A stretch of DNA of 57,888 nucleotides, filler included, from Jimgerdemannia flammicorona (Eukaryota): NCBI GenBank assembly GCA_003990765.1. It is 3 parts of 3 records of this genome, joined end to end, with 100 filler letters (N's around TTAATTAATTAA, not from the genome) between each part and the next. Parts side by side here need not be neighbours in the genome. Positions count along the whole stretch, not along the records: positions 19,334 to 38,564 come from RBNJ01001994.1; positions 38,665 to 57,888 come from RBNJ01001995.1; 1 more part is not named here. One strand, 5' to 3'. Both the position numbers and the translations under genes were made by a program. How positions within the stretch are numbered: the first letter of the stretch is position 1; each line of letters starts with the position of its first letter. The notes below the pieces were generated by a model that worked only from the letters and a program-made list of their open reading frames with translations, had not been told where the DNA came from and did no database searches. Shown here in pieces: positions 38,517 through 52,850 of this stretch.

Positions 38517-38520
<4 letters not shown>
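37500..38520 (-). mobile_element. Ty3/gypsy integrase remnant (likely the outermost element of the nest)
   Basis: LFNNIFYYHSLSMIIISD*DMKFTSYFWKAL..LGTKLILSIAFYPKTNS*TERINWTLEQMLRNY is a decayed HGLP..IVSDRD..FTS.FW...STAFHPQTDGQTER.NRTLEQMLR. Confidence 0.85.
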
Positions 38521-38564
<44 letters not shown>

Positions 38565-38664
38565 NNNNNNNNNNNNNNNNNNNNNNNNNNNNNNNNNNNN
38601 NNNNNNNNTTAATTAATTAANNNNNNNNNNNNNNNNNNNNNNNNNNNNNNNNNNNNNNNNNNNN
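38565..38664. other. Assembly gap / contig-join spacer
   Basis: Same N44-TTAATTAATTAA-N44 spacer, preceded by a long poly-T. Confidence 0.97.
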
Positions 38665-41600
38665 CCTATCTGATTCCCCTAGGGCCCCCCCTCCCCCCCC
38701 CCAACTCCCTCTTGATTAAAGACCACTAGGTTATTAATCACCTCCATCTGCCCACCACTCTGTCTACAAATCACTTCTTTTTTTTAGTCACTTGGACTCT
38801 GCCTTTATTACCAGTCTATGAATAAGTATACAATATCACCACCTACTATCCGATCCTCATAGGGGAGCCCCTCTCCATCCCTTCATGAATAAAGATCACC
38901 CTTTCACCAATAACTCCAACTCTCTCACTGCTCCATCTACATATTTTCTCTACCAAGCAGTGCCTCCAGCCCCCCTGCAGCCCCCAACCAAGCCACCAGC
39001 CTGTCAAGGTGTCTTCCATAAGTCTCTACCACCATGATACCCAGCTCTCTAAGCTCTGTTGCCTCCCATCCTCAAAAACAAATAGCCAGTGACTGGTCAG
39101 CCCAACCCAAATAGCCAATACCCAACCTAAGGTAATCCACTCCTTTCCTACCCCTCCAACCAATTGATCCCTCAAGTCCTCCCACCTCCCCCATACTTCA
39201 CCTCACCCCCAAGCAGTCCCCGATGACCCACCAGAAGTCTCCCAACACCTCACACTCGCCTAACCAATGTTCTGGTATCTGTACAAAGCCCCCTTCCTGC
39301 CCTACATTATGGCACTCCTTATAGTCGAAGCAACCCCTATAATAAGGTGCCCTGAGTGAAAGTTGAGCATTACATTTCTCCTCAACATATGCCACCAGAC
39401 CACCCAGTACTTCAGTGGCATCTATTTTCACACTGTGGCACTCCAGCTCCAAATACCATACCAGTTCCATTCATCTCCAATTCCAACTCCTTGCCAACTG
39501 CTAGGCTACAGATTCTGGCCTGGTCCTCTTTGGCATTCTATTCCATCTCCAATGTCAAACTCAAGCAAAGACATATCACCTAGCAGAATGCTATCCCATC
39601 TCCACATCACCAGATCCCAAGCCTCCTCCCCCTCATTCCCCTACCAGTGAATACCAATACAGTGTGCCCCCTCCACAATCCCCTACCAGAAACCTTTATA
39701 TCGTAATTGCATAGTGTTCTGAAGTCCAACCAATGAGAGAAGATCACCAGTTGAGCCTCTCAGTGATGACCGCCTCTCCCAGACCTTCTGCAGCAGGGGA
39801 ACCCAACCCCCTCCTTGCAACTCTACTGCCCTCTTAAGCCACCAAGCTCTCAAGCAATGTAGTTATTCGGGAAAGTCCACCAGCCTAAGACCATCTCTTG
39901 CCACTGGTAGGGACAAGGTCTCCCAACCAATCTGGCTCTGTCTGCCAGCCCAAATCCATCCCTTGGCTACCTTCACCAATCTCTTCACCACTCAGGCTGG
40001 GAAGTCCGGATGATAAGCCAAATACCACAGCTTTGGCAGCCAATATACATTCAAAATCAAGACCCATCCTGTCAGAGAAAAGTGTCTTCCCCCCCAACCC
40101 CACAGGTCCTCCTCCCAAATTCCAATTCACTGCTCCCACCAAAGCCTGGGCAGAACTGACCCATAGACTGACAAATAGAAGCCCAAGTACTACACTGTCT
40201 CACTGGTGGGGACAATTGTTCCTATAACTTCTCCTCCCATCAGGCCATTGCCTAGTACCATTGTTTCACACTTGTACCAATTTAGCTTCGCTCCAGAGTT
40301 CTCCTCATACCACTCCACTGTCTTCTCTTGAGCTCCTCAACATCAGCGATCGAACTCAAACCAACCACCATATCATCTGCAAAGGCCCCAACTTTCCACC
40401 CAATGCTATAGATAGAGAGCCCCACTATCCTCCACCTAATTCTGTCTATTAGGGGTTCCAGGGAAAGAGCATACAAGATGGGGAATAGCAGGTCCCCCTG
40501 GGGCACCCCCCTACCCAGAGGGAATGCTACCCCTTTATGCCCATTATACATGAGTGCAGCCCTACTCTTTTCCAGTAGGCTGACCATTGCTGACTGAAAT
40601 TGGATTGGAACCCCCATTCTATCCAATACTCTCACCAGCCAGACTCATCACACCCGGTCATAAGCCTTCTCCTGATCTAAGAAGACCAGATGCCCATCCA
40701 GTCCACAGGTTCTAGCCCCTTCAATAACTCCATGTACCCAGGCTGTGCCATCTCTAATGAGCTGACCACTCACAAATCCCCTCTGCTCAACATCTACAAC
40801 TTGCTGGGCTACCTTCTGTAGCCTTATGACCACCACCTTAGTTACCAACTTTCTGTCCATAGCTAGCAACATTATTGGCTGCCAGTTCTTCCAATCCTCT
40901 CACCTTCCTTTGTTCTTATAAAGCAGCATCACCAGCCCAAGATCCTGCTCCCCCACCCATCTCCCTGTCTGCAATATAGAGCACACAATGCTGTCAACTC
41001 TTCTATCACACCAGGGACTCCAACCATTCACTTCCAGAAGTCCCAGGGTAGGCCATCCTCCCCAGGTGCTGTACCTGAGACTGTCATGGCAAGAACCTGG
41101 CAGATCTCATCCTCCTTTACAGGCATCACCAGGTCACCTAGTCCCTTAACTTATAGTGGGTACCAATCCTCCAATGTTCAGTCAATGGTAGTAACATCCA
41201 CCCCACCCTCCTCCTCACTCCACAATCCACTCCACCGCTCCTTCAGTGATCCAAAAATATCCTGTACACCATGCACTAGTATACCATCCAAGTCAAGTAC
41301 CCCCTCCCACTATTGCTGTACCCTTCTCACCTTAAGAGTCCTCATGAGAAACTTAGAAGGCCTCTCCCCTTTCTCCAGCCCCTGCCAACAAAGCCATGCC
41401 ACCAAGCTTCACACCCTTGCCTCTTCCTCTTCCTGCAGCACCTGTTGAAGTTCCCCAACCTCCATCTTTGCCCTCATTACTCTCCAATCTTCTTCTCTCT
41501 CCACCATTACCAGTCTCGCCCACTCCTCCAGAAGCCTAGCCAATCTAGTAGAAGCCCAATGCACTCTCTGCCTTCACTGCTTCCCAGCCTCCTTGCCAGC

Positions 41601-44600
41601 CTTGCTCCAGTACATCCTGGCCATCTCTTTCATCCTCATCCACCGAACCCCTATCGAGGCACCTTCCTGCCACCAGTTCTCCACTCTCAGCTAAATGTCT
41701 TTAGCCCACTCCTCCTACTGGGACTCATCATCTAACAAGGAGGAATTTAGGCACCAATGTCCAGGCCCATCCCCACTTCCCCCAAAGCACCCATGTCCCA
41801 AACAGCCCCAGTAATTCGACCATGGACACTATTCCACCTCCAGTAACTTCCAAACATCTCGGCCCCAACAGTTGGCCATCAGAATCCAATCGATCCTTGT
41901 CCCTAGGCCTCCATCCCAATGCATATATACCCTCCTATCCCCCCAGTACTCTCTACCAGTATCTACCAGCACTCCTAGTTTTTTGACTTCCTCCCACATT
42001 GCCAGCCCCCCACTCCTGCTCTCAGCACCCCATCCTCCATCTGTTCTATCTATCAGTATATTCTGAACCATATTGAAATCTCCCCCAAGCATATCCACCC
42101 CAGCCTCTGCAAGGATCCCACTCTCCTGGAGACCCTTTACCCAATCTACATGCTCTCCCCTTATGGCCAGGTAGTAATAAGAGTCAACTGTGACTGGCTC
42201 CCAGCCTGTATGAATCTATTCACCCCAGACCAGCCTCTCTCCCCAGCTTCTCACATCTCTTATCTCCCCTCTGCCTTTCCAAACCAGAATTCCAACCTTG
42301 CCATTCCAAATCGGTATGCCAACACATTCCTTTGTCCATTCCATCCTATTAGAGTCATCCTCACACCTGACATCCTGCAAGAGGAAGAGATTGGCCTCTA
42401 ATCCCTTCAGCCAAATAAAAATGTTCCTATGTCTAACAGTACCTTGTAGCCCATTTATGTTCAAAGAAAAATGTTAGTTGTATTGTTCATAATGAAATAC
42501 AGTTTGTTATCAGTTGATCTCTACTGCTCCATGCTCATCTCCTCCTGTGCTGTGTCCAGATTATGTTCTGCCATCACCTCCTCCTCTTCAGCCCTCTGAG
42601 CTTCCAATCCAGCCAACAGCTCATTTATCTCCCCATCCACCTTCTCCTCAAACTCCTCCCAGTACTCAATGCAAGCCTCCTGCCAAAGCTGCAATCTATG
42701 ATACTTATTCCAACAGTACTCAGCCCTCTCCCCAGTGACAACTGCCATCTCTGCCTCCTGCTCCTTGTCCACCTCATACCCTTCCTCCTCCAGATATACC
42801 ACAAGAATTTCTGCCTTCAGTGCCATCATCACTCCATCCTCCTGCAATATCCATGCCCAGTGCTCATCACCCATCACTCACAAGTCCACCTCCCCCAACT
42901 CTTCTGCTGCCAGGTTATTTATCATCCTGCACATCCAAAGTAGGTTCCCCACCTCCTTCCCTCCAGGGGTCGCTGGCCTCCCTCCATCCAGCATTGTGGT
43001 GTCAGCTCCAGCACTTGCAGCCTCATCCCACACCTCCAGGATATCCACCAGTTCCTCTTCCCTGACTGCCACCACATGTCCCCCATTCATCACCTCTGGA
43101 ATGCTGAATTTCACCCAATAGGTCCCCAGCATTATTATGTTCTCTACCATCTTGTTTCTGGAAGCCAGGCCCTGCCTGATAAGAGGAGAAGGAGTAGGGG
43201 AATCCTCTCAGATCTCATCCCAAACCTCCAAGGTGCCATCTGCATATGGGTCAATAATCTTCACCTCCTTCTCCTTCCCGGTCTCCTCTCCAGCATTCCC
43301 ACTCCTCTCACCAGCCCAGACACTCGCTTTGACCTCTTCCACACCCATCATCTTGCTCACATCCTCCTGTTGTTTGCTCCCCAGTTTAGCCAGCAGATCC
43401 TTCTGTCTCTTATGCCCCTGAGCCCTTTTCCACTGCACCTTGTTCACTCGAATCCTCTTTCCATCCACCACCTTCAGGTACATTGACTCCATGAAAGTCT
43501 TCCAAGCCTTTGCACACTGCTCTACAGCACTATCCAATTCTTCCAGTGCTTCCAATAAATTCTCTTCCTCCTCTTCACTACCTTTCACCCTTGTCACCTT
43601 GCACAAAATCACTCCCCAGACCATCACTAGAGGCCAGTCCCTTGTCTTCCCAGTAGTTTCTTTCTCAGCCAGCTGAATCCTCACATCCATGTCCTCAGTC
43701 CTGAGCGAGGTCCCTTCCCAGACCCTGAATCTGATATCCACTACCTTTCCATACTCTGCCATGACATCCTCAACTCTCTTTCTTGTCTCCATCACTATCA
43801 CTGTGGGCACTCCTTTCACCAGCAGTTGGACCACCCTCGGATCTCATTTCAGACACCTCACCATTGGAATACACACCTCCCCAACTACCAACCCAACCTT
43901 CAGTGCCTCCTCCAGTGGCCCAGCCTCCTCAAAACCCACCTCCACACCCTCTAGTACCTTCAAAAACTTCACCAATGCAGCTCCTGTCACCTGCTTAGTG
44001 ATAAGCTCTAGCATCATTTTCACCATCACCACTAAGCCCTGGAAGCACAGTGTAACTATGAATGCTGAGTTCAATTTTTTGAGTAACAGGGCCACCACCA
44101 GGCCTGTCACACCATCTGCTAAATCCCCTTGTCTTCTAAGCCTCAGCTGCTCAGCCTCACCAACAGCTGTCACATCTGGATTTTTTTCCAGATTGGCAGT
44201 TCTGTCGCCATCAGCAGTCACACTCCCCCCAGCCACTACTCCCTCAGCTCCACTGCCCCCCCTCCCAAGGGCTACTCTCCTACATGCCGCTGCCTTCTCC
44301 ATCTCCTTGCCCCTCCTCAGGCAGCCCTCCAGCCCTGATGCCTACTGCCTCCCCTTCACTGTCTCCACAAAGCTCACTCTCCCAGACCCTTGTCCACTAC
44401 CAATACTGCCACCTCTTCTACATCCTCCCACCAGCAGCCCCCTCATGCCCCCCCTCAGGCCCAGACCCCTTCCCACCTGCTGCCATTCAAAAGTGCTTGG
44501 GCTGCCCTGCCCAGTACATATCTCAGATTGCCTGTCGGTTGCCATGTTGTTAGCCTCTTTTCTCAAAAAACGATGTTGTAAGTACCTTCCAAAGGTTGTG

Positions 44601-47150
44601 TAACCTGAATGGTACTGGAGAAAGATGGTCTGATGCCCATTCACAAATCACTTCCACCAGACAGTGGCAATGTCTACCCTAGAGACCCCATCCAATCCAC
44701 TACTTTGTCAGTATATCTCCCAACAACCCCTCCCATCTTAACAACCTCTCCCACAGACCCAGCTGTTACCTCTCCTCCAAAATAAAAAGCCAATGTCCAG
44801 CTAGCCCTACCTATACAGCTAAAACCCACCCTACAGTAAGCTATTCATTATCCACCCCACCTACCAACCTAGTTCACAAATCTTCCCAGTGACCTCTCTC
44901 CCCCTCTGGTCTCCTCTCTACACCCAGCCAGTCCTCTACCATTATCCAAAAGTCCCCCAGCACCTCACACTCTCCTAGCCAATATTCTGATATCTGTACA
45001 AATCCCCCAACTTGTCTGATATTGTAGTATACTTTACATTCCAGTAGGCCACCATCCATCAGATGCCCAGCTTTGAAATTCAACATGACATTCCTCCTTA
45101 GTATCTGCCACCATACTACTCAGTACTTGGGAGGAAGCCACCTCTACACCTCAGCACTCCAAGCCCAGACTTCTGTCCAATTCCACTTCTTGCCAATTCT
45201 CACTACTTGCCAACTACTAGGCCAAAGATCCTGACCAAGTTCCCTCTGACACTCCACTCCTTCACCAATATCAAATTCAATAAGAGGAGTGCCCCCCAGA
45301 AGCAATCTGTCCCATCTCTACATAGCTGGTCCCCACGGCATCTCTCCTTCATTACTATGCTAGCACAAGCCAATGCAGTGTGCTCTATTAGCTACTCCCC
45401 ACCAGAAGTCCTTATACTGCAGCTGATGGCTTCCACCTAGGTCTACTAGGGAAAGCAAATCCCCCAAGGATTCCCTTGGGGAGAATCTCATCTCCCACAC
45501 CTTCTACATCAGCCATACTCATCCCCCTCTTCTCAGTTCCACAGCCCACTTCAACCACCAAGCTCTCAGACAGTGCAGCCTCTTAGAAAAGTCTACCAGT
45601 CCTAGCCCCCCTCGAACTACTGGTATTGAAAGGGTTTCCCAACTGATCTGGGACTGCCTCCTAGTCCAAATCCAGTCCCTAGTCAACTCTTCACCACCCA
45701 AGCTGGAAAGTCCAAGTAATAGGCAATATATCACAGCTTAGGGAACCAGTAGATATTCAGAATCATTATTCAGCCTATGAGAGAGATATGGCAACCTCCC
45801 CAGCCTCAAAGTGCCTCTCTCCAGATAACCACCTTCCTCTCCCACCACACTCACAGCAAGACTGATCCATAAATTGAGAGGAAGATACCTAGATACCTCA
45901 CTGCCTCTCCTGCTGGGACAATTGTTCCAATGATGTCTCCTCTCACTAACCCATTTCTCAGCACTATTGTCTCACACTTATGCCAGTTGAGTTTTGGTCC
46001 AGAGTATACCTTATATCATTCTACTATCTTCTTAAGAGCCTTAACATCTGTCACTGATCCAAGTCTAACCACTATATTATCCACAAAGGTCCCCACCTTC
46101 CACACCATACTATAGATAGCAAGCTCTGTCACCTTCTGCTGAATCCTATCTATCAAAGGTTCTAAAGAAAGGGCATATATAATAGAAGGCAGTGGATCCC
46201 TCCAAGGAACTCCTCTTCCTAAGAAAAACACCATACCCTAGTGACCATTACACATCAGCACCACCCTACTTCCCTCCAGCAAATTTAATATAGAAGCTTG
46301 AAATAGAGGGGGAACTCCTATTCTGTCCAGCACCTTGCCTAGGCACACTGACCAAACACAGTCATAGGCCTTCTCCTGGTCCGGAAAGACTAGTCTCTCA
46401 TCCAATCCACTAGCCCTTGCCCCTTCAATGACACCATGGACCCAGGCTGTCCCATCTCTGATAAGTCTGCCACTAATAAAGCCCTGCTGCTCTTCCCCTA
46501 ATACCTGTTGGGCAATCCTCTGTAATCTCACCACAATCACCTTAGTTACCATCTTCCTGTCTATATCTAACAATATAATCAGCCTCCAGTTCTTCCAATC
46601 CTCCCTTCTCCCCTTGTCCTTGTATAATAGGGCCACCAGTCCTAGGTCCTGCCCTCCCATCTACTGACCCCTCATGAGAACAAAATCACAGAGAGCTGCC
46701 ATCTCACCTAATACCCCAGGGACTCCCACCATCTTCTTCCAAAAGTCTCAAGATAGACCATCCTCTTCTGGTGCTATACTAAGCTTAGTTGCTACAAGAA
46801 CTCTCTAGACCTCCTTCTCTTGGACTGGAAGGATCAAAAAATTCCCCAGGCCCTCCACTTGTGGTAGCTCTTAGTTCACCAGAGTGTCTCCAATTACCTC
46901 TGCATTAGTACTCTCTTCCTCCTTACTCTACAGACTCCTCTACTGCTCCTTTAGCAACCCCAAGATCTATTGTATACTATGTACAATTTCTCCCTCAGCA
47001 TCAAGGACTCCATCCCACCAATGTCACACCCTTCTTATCTAGAGGAGTCTGGACAAGTACCTAGTCGGCCTCTCCCCCTCCTCCAGCCCCTGCCACCTCA
47101 ATCTAGCTGCCATTCCTTTTAAATGTGTCTCCTTCTCCTCTTATGATACT
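38665..47150 (-). mobile_element. LINE copy C: 3' half (RT and C-terminus) at 47150-44655 plus 38765-38665, split by copy B
   Basis: WKNWRLIILLDIDRKMVTK, QQGFISGRLIRD, DQEKAYD, GRGVP, GGLGLVDF. The flanks of copy B rejoin colinearly with copy F. Confidence 0.85.
38778..44642 (-). mobile_element. LINE copy B, full length (~5.9 kb), L1/Tx1-like: ORF1 ~44545-42521, ORF2 (APE endonuclease-RT-CCHC) ~42490-38890, mutated
   Basis: 12-bp TSD ACAAATCACTTC at 38766-38777 and 44643-44654; AATAAA plus an A8 tail. Motifs: SLNINGL, LLQD, LGGDFN, RIDWI, LVFLDQEKAYDRV, GVPQGD, AFADD. Confidence 0.95.
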
Positions 47151-50100
47151 AGGCTGGGGGCAGTTGTTGGGACTGGGGCAGGTGCTATATCTGTGGGACC
47201 TTTTGATTAGTATAGGGTGATTAGGTAGTAGATATCACTCTTGGCTACTTTTGGTGATTTATGAGATTGGACCTCAGTTGTTGGAAGTGATCAGAGGGCC
47301 CAAGGCTATCTGGATCAGGTGTCTTGACTATACTTAACTGGAATTAGGAGCTGATATAGCAATATGATTGAGGCCTACAGGCTCAACTGCCTTGCCAGCA
47401 TCTTTCTCCCCTACCATTCACATAATACAAACTTCAAAACACACTTTTGAACTGTTTATTAGAGAAAGATACTAAGGTCATGGTAATAAACAAGCAAGCT
47501 GATATGCATACTAGGTTGGGTGGACCTGGAGCCTTTGACTGGCAATATATCAGATGAGAGCATAGACTAGAGATGGGGTCTTTTGGGGGTTTGAGTGGGC
47601 AGGGCAGTTCCAGTAGTGGTAGCAGCACTGGAGGAGAGGCAGGATAGCAGAGGGAGAGGAGCTTTGCAGATATGCTGAAGACTGGAGGATGGCCTGCTGG
47701 TACTCAGTACTCATGGCAGATAGGCAGAAGGAAAGGGAAAGCAGAGGGAAGGAGAAGTGGGAGGTGCTAGATCTCAGCCAGTGGGTGGAAGGGCTGGTGG
47801 AGCAGCAGCTGGGAGTAGGGAGAGAACTACTAATAGTAGTATGACTGGAAATCTGGAAAAAAATCCAGATGTGACTGTTGATGGAAGAGCTAAGTGGATG
47901 GGCCCAAAGAGGAAGGGGGATCTGGTGGATAGTATGACAGGGCTAGTGGTGGCACCATTACTCAAGAAGTCAATCTCAGAGTTTTGTAGTGACTTTGTAC
48001 TTCCGGGACTTAGCTATGATAGTAAGGATGGTTCTGGGGATTATCTTGAAGCAAGTGGCTAGAGCTGCCTTAATGAAGTTTCTAAAGAGACTGGAGTGAG
48101 TTGAGGTGGGTTTTGAGAAGGCAGGTCTACTGGAGGAAGCTTTGAAGACTGGAGTGATGGTAGGAGAGGTGGTGGTCTCTATGGTACAGTATTTGAGGTG
48201 GAATCCCAGGGTGGTTCAGATGCTAGTAAAGAGAGTGCCTACAGTGTTGAAGGTTGAGACTAGGAGGAGAGTGGAGAAGGTGATAGCAGAGTATAGTGAT
48301 ACATATAGTCAATATTGAATTCCAGATATAGGAGGGGACTACTTTCAGAACTGAAGATGTTGATATCAGGATTAGACTGGCAGAGAGAGAGGCCATAGGG
48401 AAGATGAGTAACTGGCCTTCAGTTATGTTGTGGGGGGCCTTTATCTGTAAGGTATCAAGGATGAAGGGGAGTGAGGAGGAGGAGAAGGATCTGCTGGAGG
48501 CCATAGAGGAGATGAGCAGGACAGTTGAGCAGAGGACAAAGGCCTGGAAGATGTATGTAGAGACTATATATTTGGAAATTATGGATGAGAAGTATATTCA
48601 TATAGACAAAGGGCAGTGAAAGAGAGCTCAAGGGTGCAAGAGATAGAGAGAGTTGTTGGTGAGTATGAACAGAGGGGTGAAGAAGAATTCTAGTAGAGCT
48701 AAAGAGTCTGGAGGGGCTGAAGCAAGTGTCTGGACTAGTAAGAGAGGAGGGAATAGAGAGAAGGACCTGGATGGGGTCAGGAAGACACTGCATAATAATC
48801 CTTATACTGATAGTACATTCAAAGTCTGGGAAGAGGAATTGGATGATACTCCCTTATTTGTCAGGAGGGGTTCAGCTGAGAGAAAAAAGGCAGTAGAGGA
48901 TGTGCTGATACATGGTATCCAGTGAGTATACTTTGGAGTTCCTGATATAGCAAAAGAGAGATAGATGGTGGCAGTTAGTGAGGAAGAGCTGATAGATGTC
49001 CCAGAGGAGGAGTGGGATGAGACTGTGAGTATAGGGACCAATACCACAATGCTGGATGCCAGGAGGCCAGCAATACCAGAAGAGAAGGAGGTGGGAAACC
49101 CACTATAGATATGCAGAATGATGAATAACCTCATAGCTGAAGAGTTGGGAGAAGTGGACCTGAGAGTGATGAGCAAGGAGTATTGGATATAGATTCTGTA
49201 TAATGATGGAGTAGTGGAGGCACTGAAGGTGGAGGTGCTTGCAATTATTTTGGAGAAGTAGGGGTATGAGGTTGATAAGGAGAGGGAGGCCAAGCTGGCA
49301 GTTGTTGCTAGTGAGCAGACCACCTACTGTTGGGCAGAGCATCATGGTCTGAAGCTTTGACAGGAGGCCTGTCTGGAATATTATAAGGAATTTGAAGAAA
49401 AGGAGAATGGGGAAATGGCTGAACTTCTAGTTGGATTCAAGGCAAAGGAGGCTGAAGAGGAGGGATTAGCTGCTGAACATAACTTGGACATGGTACAAGA
49501 GAGAAGAGATGTGGATTTGTAGAAGATACATAGAACCCTACTTCTAAACATTATTCCCAATGAACAGTACAATTAACATTTTTTCTCTGAATGTGAATGA
49601 GTTATGGGGATCTGAGCAGTGGAAGAACATTTTCACTTGGCTTAAAAGATTGGAGGCTGATCTCTTTCTGCTGCAGAATGTATATTGTGAGGATTATATG
49701 GATCAAGTAGAGTGGACTAGAGAATGGGGAGGAGCTATGGCTTGGATTGACAAAGTAGCAATTTTAATATGGAGGGGTAAAGGGGAATTAGGTGGAATCA
49801 GAAGCTGGAAAGATTGGTTAGTTTGAGGGAAATGGTGTTGACCTGGGTGAGAGCTAGTATGAGTTAGCTCTTATTACTGCCCAGCAGCTAGGGGTGAGCA
49901 GATTGCATGGATTAAGGGTCTTCTGGATGAGGGCACATTATTGGATGATGGGGTGGATGTTCTGAGAGATAATTTCAATATGGTGCAGAATCTTCAGTTA
50001 GATAGAACTGATGGAGGAAGGAGTACTGGTGGATGGAGTAGTGGCCTGGATGTATGGAAGGAGGTAGAGAAGCTTAGCTCCTTAAAGGACATGAGCAGAA

Positions 50101-50619
50101 CACATTGGGGTGAAAAGAGGATTTACATGCATTGGGTGGCTGGCCTCAGTATAAGGATTGACTGAATACTGATGACTGAATACTGGGGCCTGGATGATTA
50201 GAGGACTCTGGAGGTAGAGTGGTACCCATGATCAGACCACTGGAGACTATTAGAACAGGGGCAGTTTGGGGGAAGTAGAGATGGACCCAGACATTGGTAT
50301 CTTAACTCCTCTCTGCTGACTGAGAAGATATTATAGGACCTTTGGGCAGAGGACATTCAGGTGAAGGTCATAAGCTGGGTACATGAGGGCTTGCAAGTGG
50401 ATGTCTGATAGATGAAGTTGAAAGAGGCTATAAGAGTCTACTGGGGAGAAGTTGGTAGGGATACTGAGAGGCAGAGGAGAAAAAGAATATGGTATGCTTC
50501 TAATAGGTTGGTTAGATTGCAGATGGAATGGGCTGAGTTGATAAACTCTGGTAGGGTGGATGATTAGAGGTTAGTGTGAGCTAGATTGAAAGTAATGGAG
50601 TTGCAACAGACACTATAAT
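47151..50619 (+). mobile_element. LINE copy D: 5' half (5' region, ORF1 from ~47480, ORF2 endonuclease from 49560), probably the inverted 5' part of copy C
   Basis: ORF1 aligns with that of copy B; MNSTINIFSLNVNEL, DNFN, RID, SDH. It ends at ...ELQQTL, where copy C begins. Confidence 0.85.
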
Positions 50620-52520
50620 CACTCCTTCTCCTATCTGTAACAGCTATCTCTTCTCCCATCCCAACTCTAAAAAACTGCCACCTATACTAGAACTATTCTC
50701 ACCAGAAAGCTTGCCAAAGCTCAGAGGGTCCCACTATAGATACTAGTGATCTGTAGGTAACCTACACTGGCACTTGATGTCCAAGGTTAGCCAACTCTAT
50801 ACACAGCCCATAATCCATCAGATGATATCTTGTTGATAATGGCAAAAAGGAAAAAAGTACCACACCAAAACAGATATACTTCAGATATAGCTAAAAATAC
50901 CAAAAACTGCAAAAAAGTGGAGAAGACACTGATCCAATACTTATAAAGAGGTAACTCATCACCATTGTCTCCCTCTCACTATATTCTTGCAGATATAGCA
51001 AACCAACCCAAGGTAGAGAGAGTAATAATAGAAGAAAGGTGACTTGGAAGATTACTTACCAAATCTTATAATTAGTAAAATAGCAGAGAAAGGAGTATGT
51101 GGAAACCTTATCTCTCAGACCTTCTGTATTAGTGGTATCTCTCTATCTCTCTATAGCTCAACAGTTTTCTACAATTACTAGGCTCTCAAGTAATATAGTC
51201 TCTTTGGAAAGTCTACCAGACATAGACCTCCTCTATTCACTAATATTCCTTAGCTATCTTCAATGACCTCTTTACTATTCAGATCAGAAAATCCAAATAA
51301 TATATCAGATATTATAGCTTTAGTAACTAGTAAACATTAAGTATTGATATATATAATACTAGAGAGATATGATGCCCTCCTCAGCTCTAAAGAGCCTCTC
51401 TCTAAACAATAATCTTTCTCTTCCACTAAGCTCTGAGTAAGATCAATCTATATACTGATAGAAAAATATTCAGATACTATACAGCCTCTCCAGTAGAGAT
51501 AATTATTCCAATAATGTTCCCACTTACTAGACTATTCTTCAACACTATTGTCTCATATTTATACTAGATAAGTTTTATCCCAGAGTACTTCTTATATCAT
51601 TATACTATCTCCCCCAATATATCCATATCAGCGACTGAGCCTAGACCAATTACAATATTATCTACAAAGACTCCAACTTTCTAAACTACTCTAAAAACTG
51701 AGAGTCTTGATATCTTGTAGTGAATTCTATTTATCAATAATTCTAATAATAGAGTATACAGAATAGGAGACAATAGGTCTCCTGAGGAACTTCTCTTCTT
51801 AATATAAATATAGTACTATAATGGCCATTATATACAAGTATCACTCTGCTATCCTTCAATAGACTAACTATTGAGATCTGAAACTAATAAGAGATACTAA
51901 TTCTATCTAATATCTTTTTTAGCCAGATTTATCAAATATGATCATAAGTTTTCTCCTGGTCTAGAAAGACTAACCTCCTATTTAGCTCACTAGTTATTAC
52001 TCTCTCAATTATGCTGTATACCTCTACTGTTCTATCTCTAATTAGCCAATCTTCAATAAAGTCTCATTGCTATTTATCTAATATCTGTTAGGCTATCTTC
52101 TATAGCTAGACAATAATTACTTTTATAACTAACTTTCTGTCTATATTCAGAAATATATATATAATTAGTCTCCAATTCCTCCAATTCCCTCTTCTATCCT
52201 TATCTTTATACAGCAGTACTACTAGATCAAGGTTATGTCTCTCAAGTCACTCTTCAGATATAAGGACAAATTCACAAAGTACTGCTATCTCCTCTAATAT
52301 TCCTGAGATCTCTACTATCTTTTTCCAAAAGTCCCAAGACAGACCATTCTCATCCAAAGCATATTTAATTTAGTAATCACTAAGACCTATAGAATTTTCT
52401 CCTCATAGACTGATAGAATCAAATCTCTAAGACTATTTATCTATAGAGGATACTAATTCTTCAGAGAGCACCCAATAGCCTCTACATCTTTACTTCCTTC
52501 CTTCTCACTCTATTGAAATA
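50620..52520 (-). mobile_element. LINE copy E, very degraded RT-region fragment
   Basis: Reverse complement shows decayed WDFWKK, LDQEKTYDH, VPQE, FVDN and GGLCLVDF segments. 50620-51100 is rearranged or of uncertain origin. Confidence 0.7.
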
Positions 52521-52639
52521 GTTCTTTGATATATAGGTAATTTATATAACAAGAGCAGATTTTTTATATAATTTCTGAATAATAATTTTAATATATAGAT
52601 TTTCTTATATATACAATTTCTGGTATAATGATCTTAGTA

Positions 52640-52850
52640 ATCTGGCATAATATGGCAAATTTGGCAGAATTTCTTAATAAGCAGTGAGTTGGCAAATTTG
52701 ACAGAATTCCTTAATAAGCAGTGAGTTGGTAAATTTAATAGATAGCTTAGATAGTATAGATTTTTCTAAATTGGTATAATAACTTAAATAGTATAGATTT
52801 TTCTAAATTGACAAAATAACTTAGATGGTGGAATTTACTCCTTAATAAAC
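52640..52850. repeat. Degenerate ~36-38-bp tandem duplications in AT-rich decayed repeat DNA
   Basis: tggcaaatttggcagaatttcttaataagcagtgagt x2-3; tagtatagatttttctaaattg x2. Confidence 0.7.

Noticed and set aside
43689..44603. 304-aa plus-strand ORF and similar Ser/Pro-rich ORFs over the LINEs
   Set aside because: Antisense shadows of purine-rich LINE ORFs; no independent evidence.
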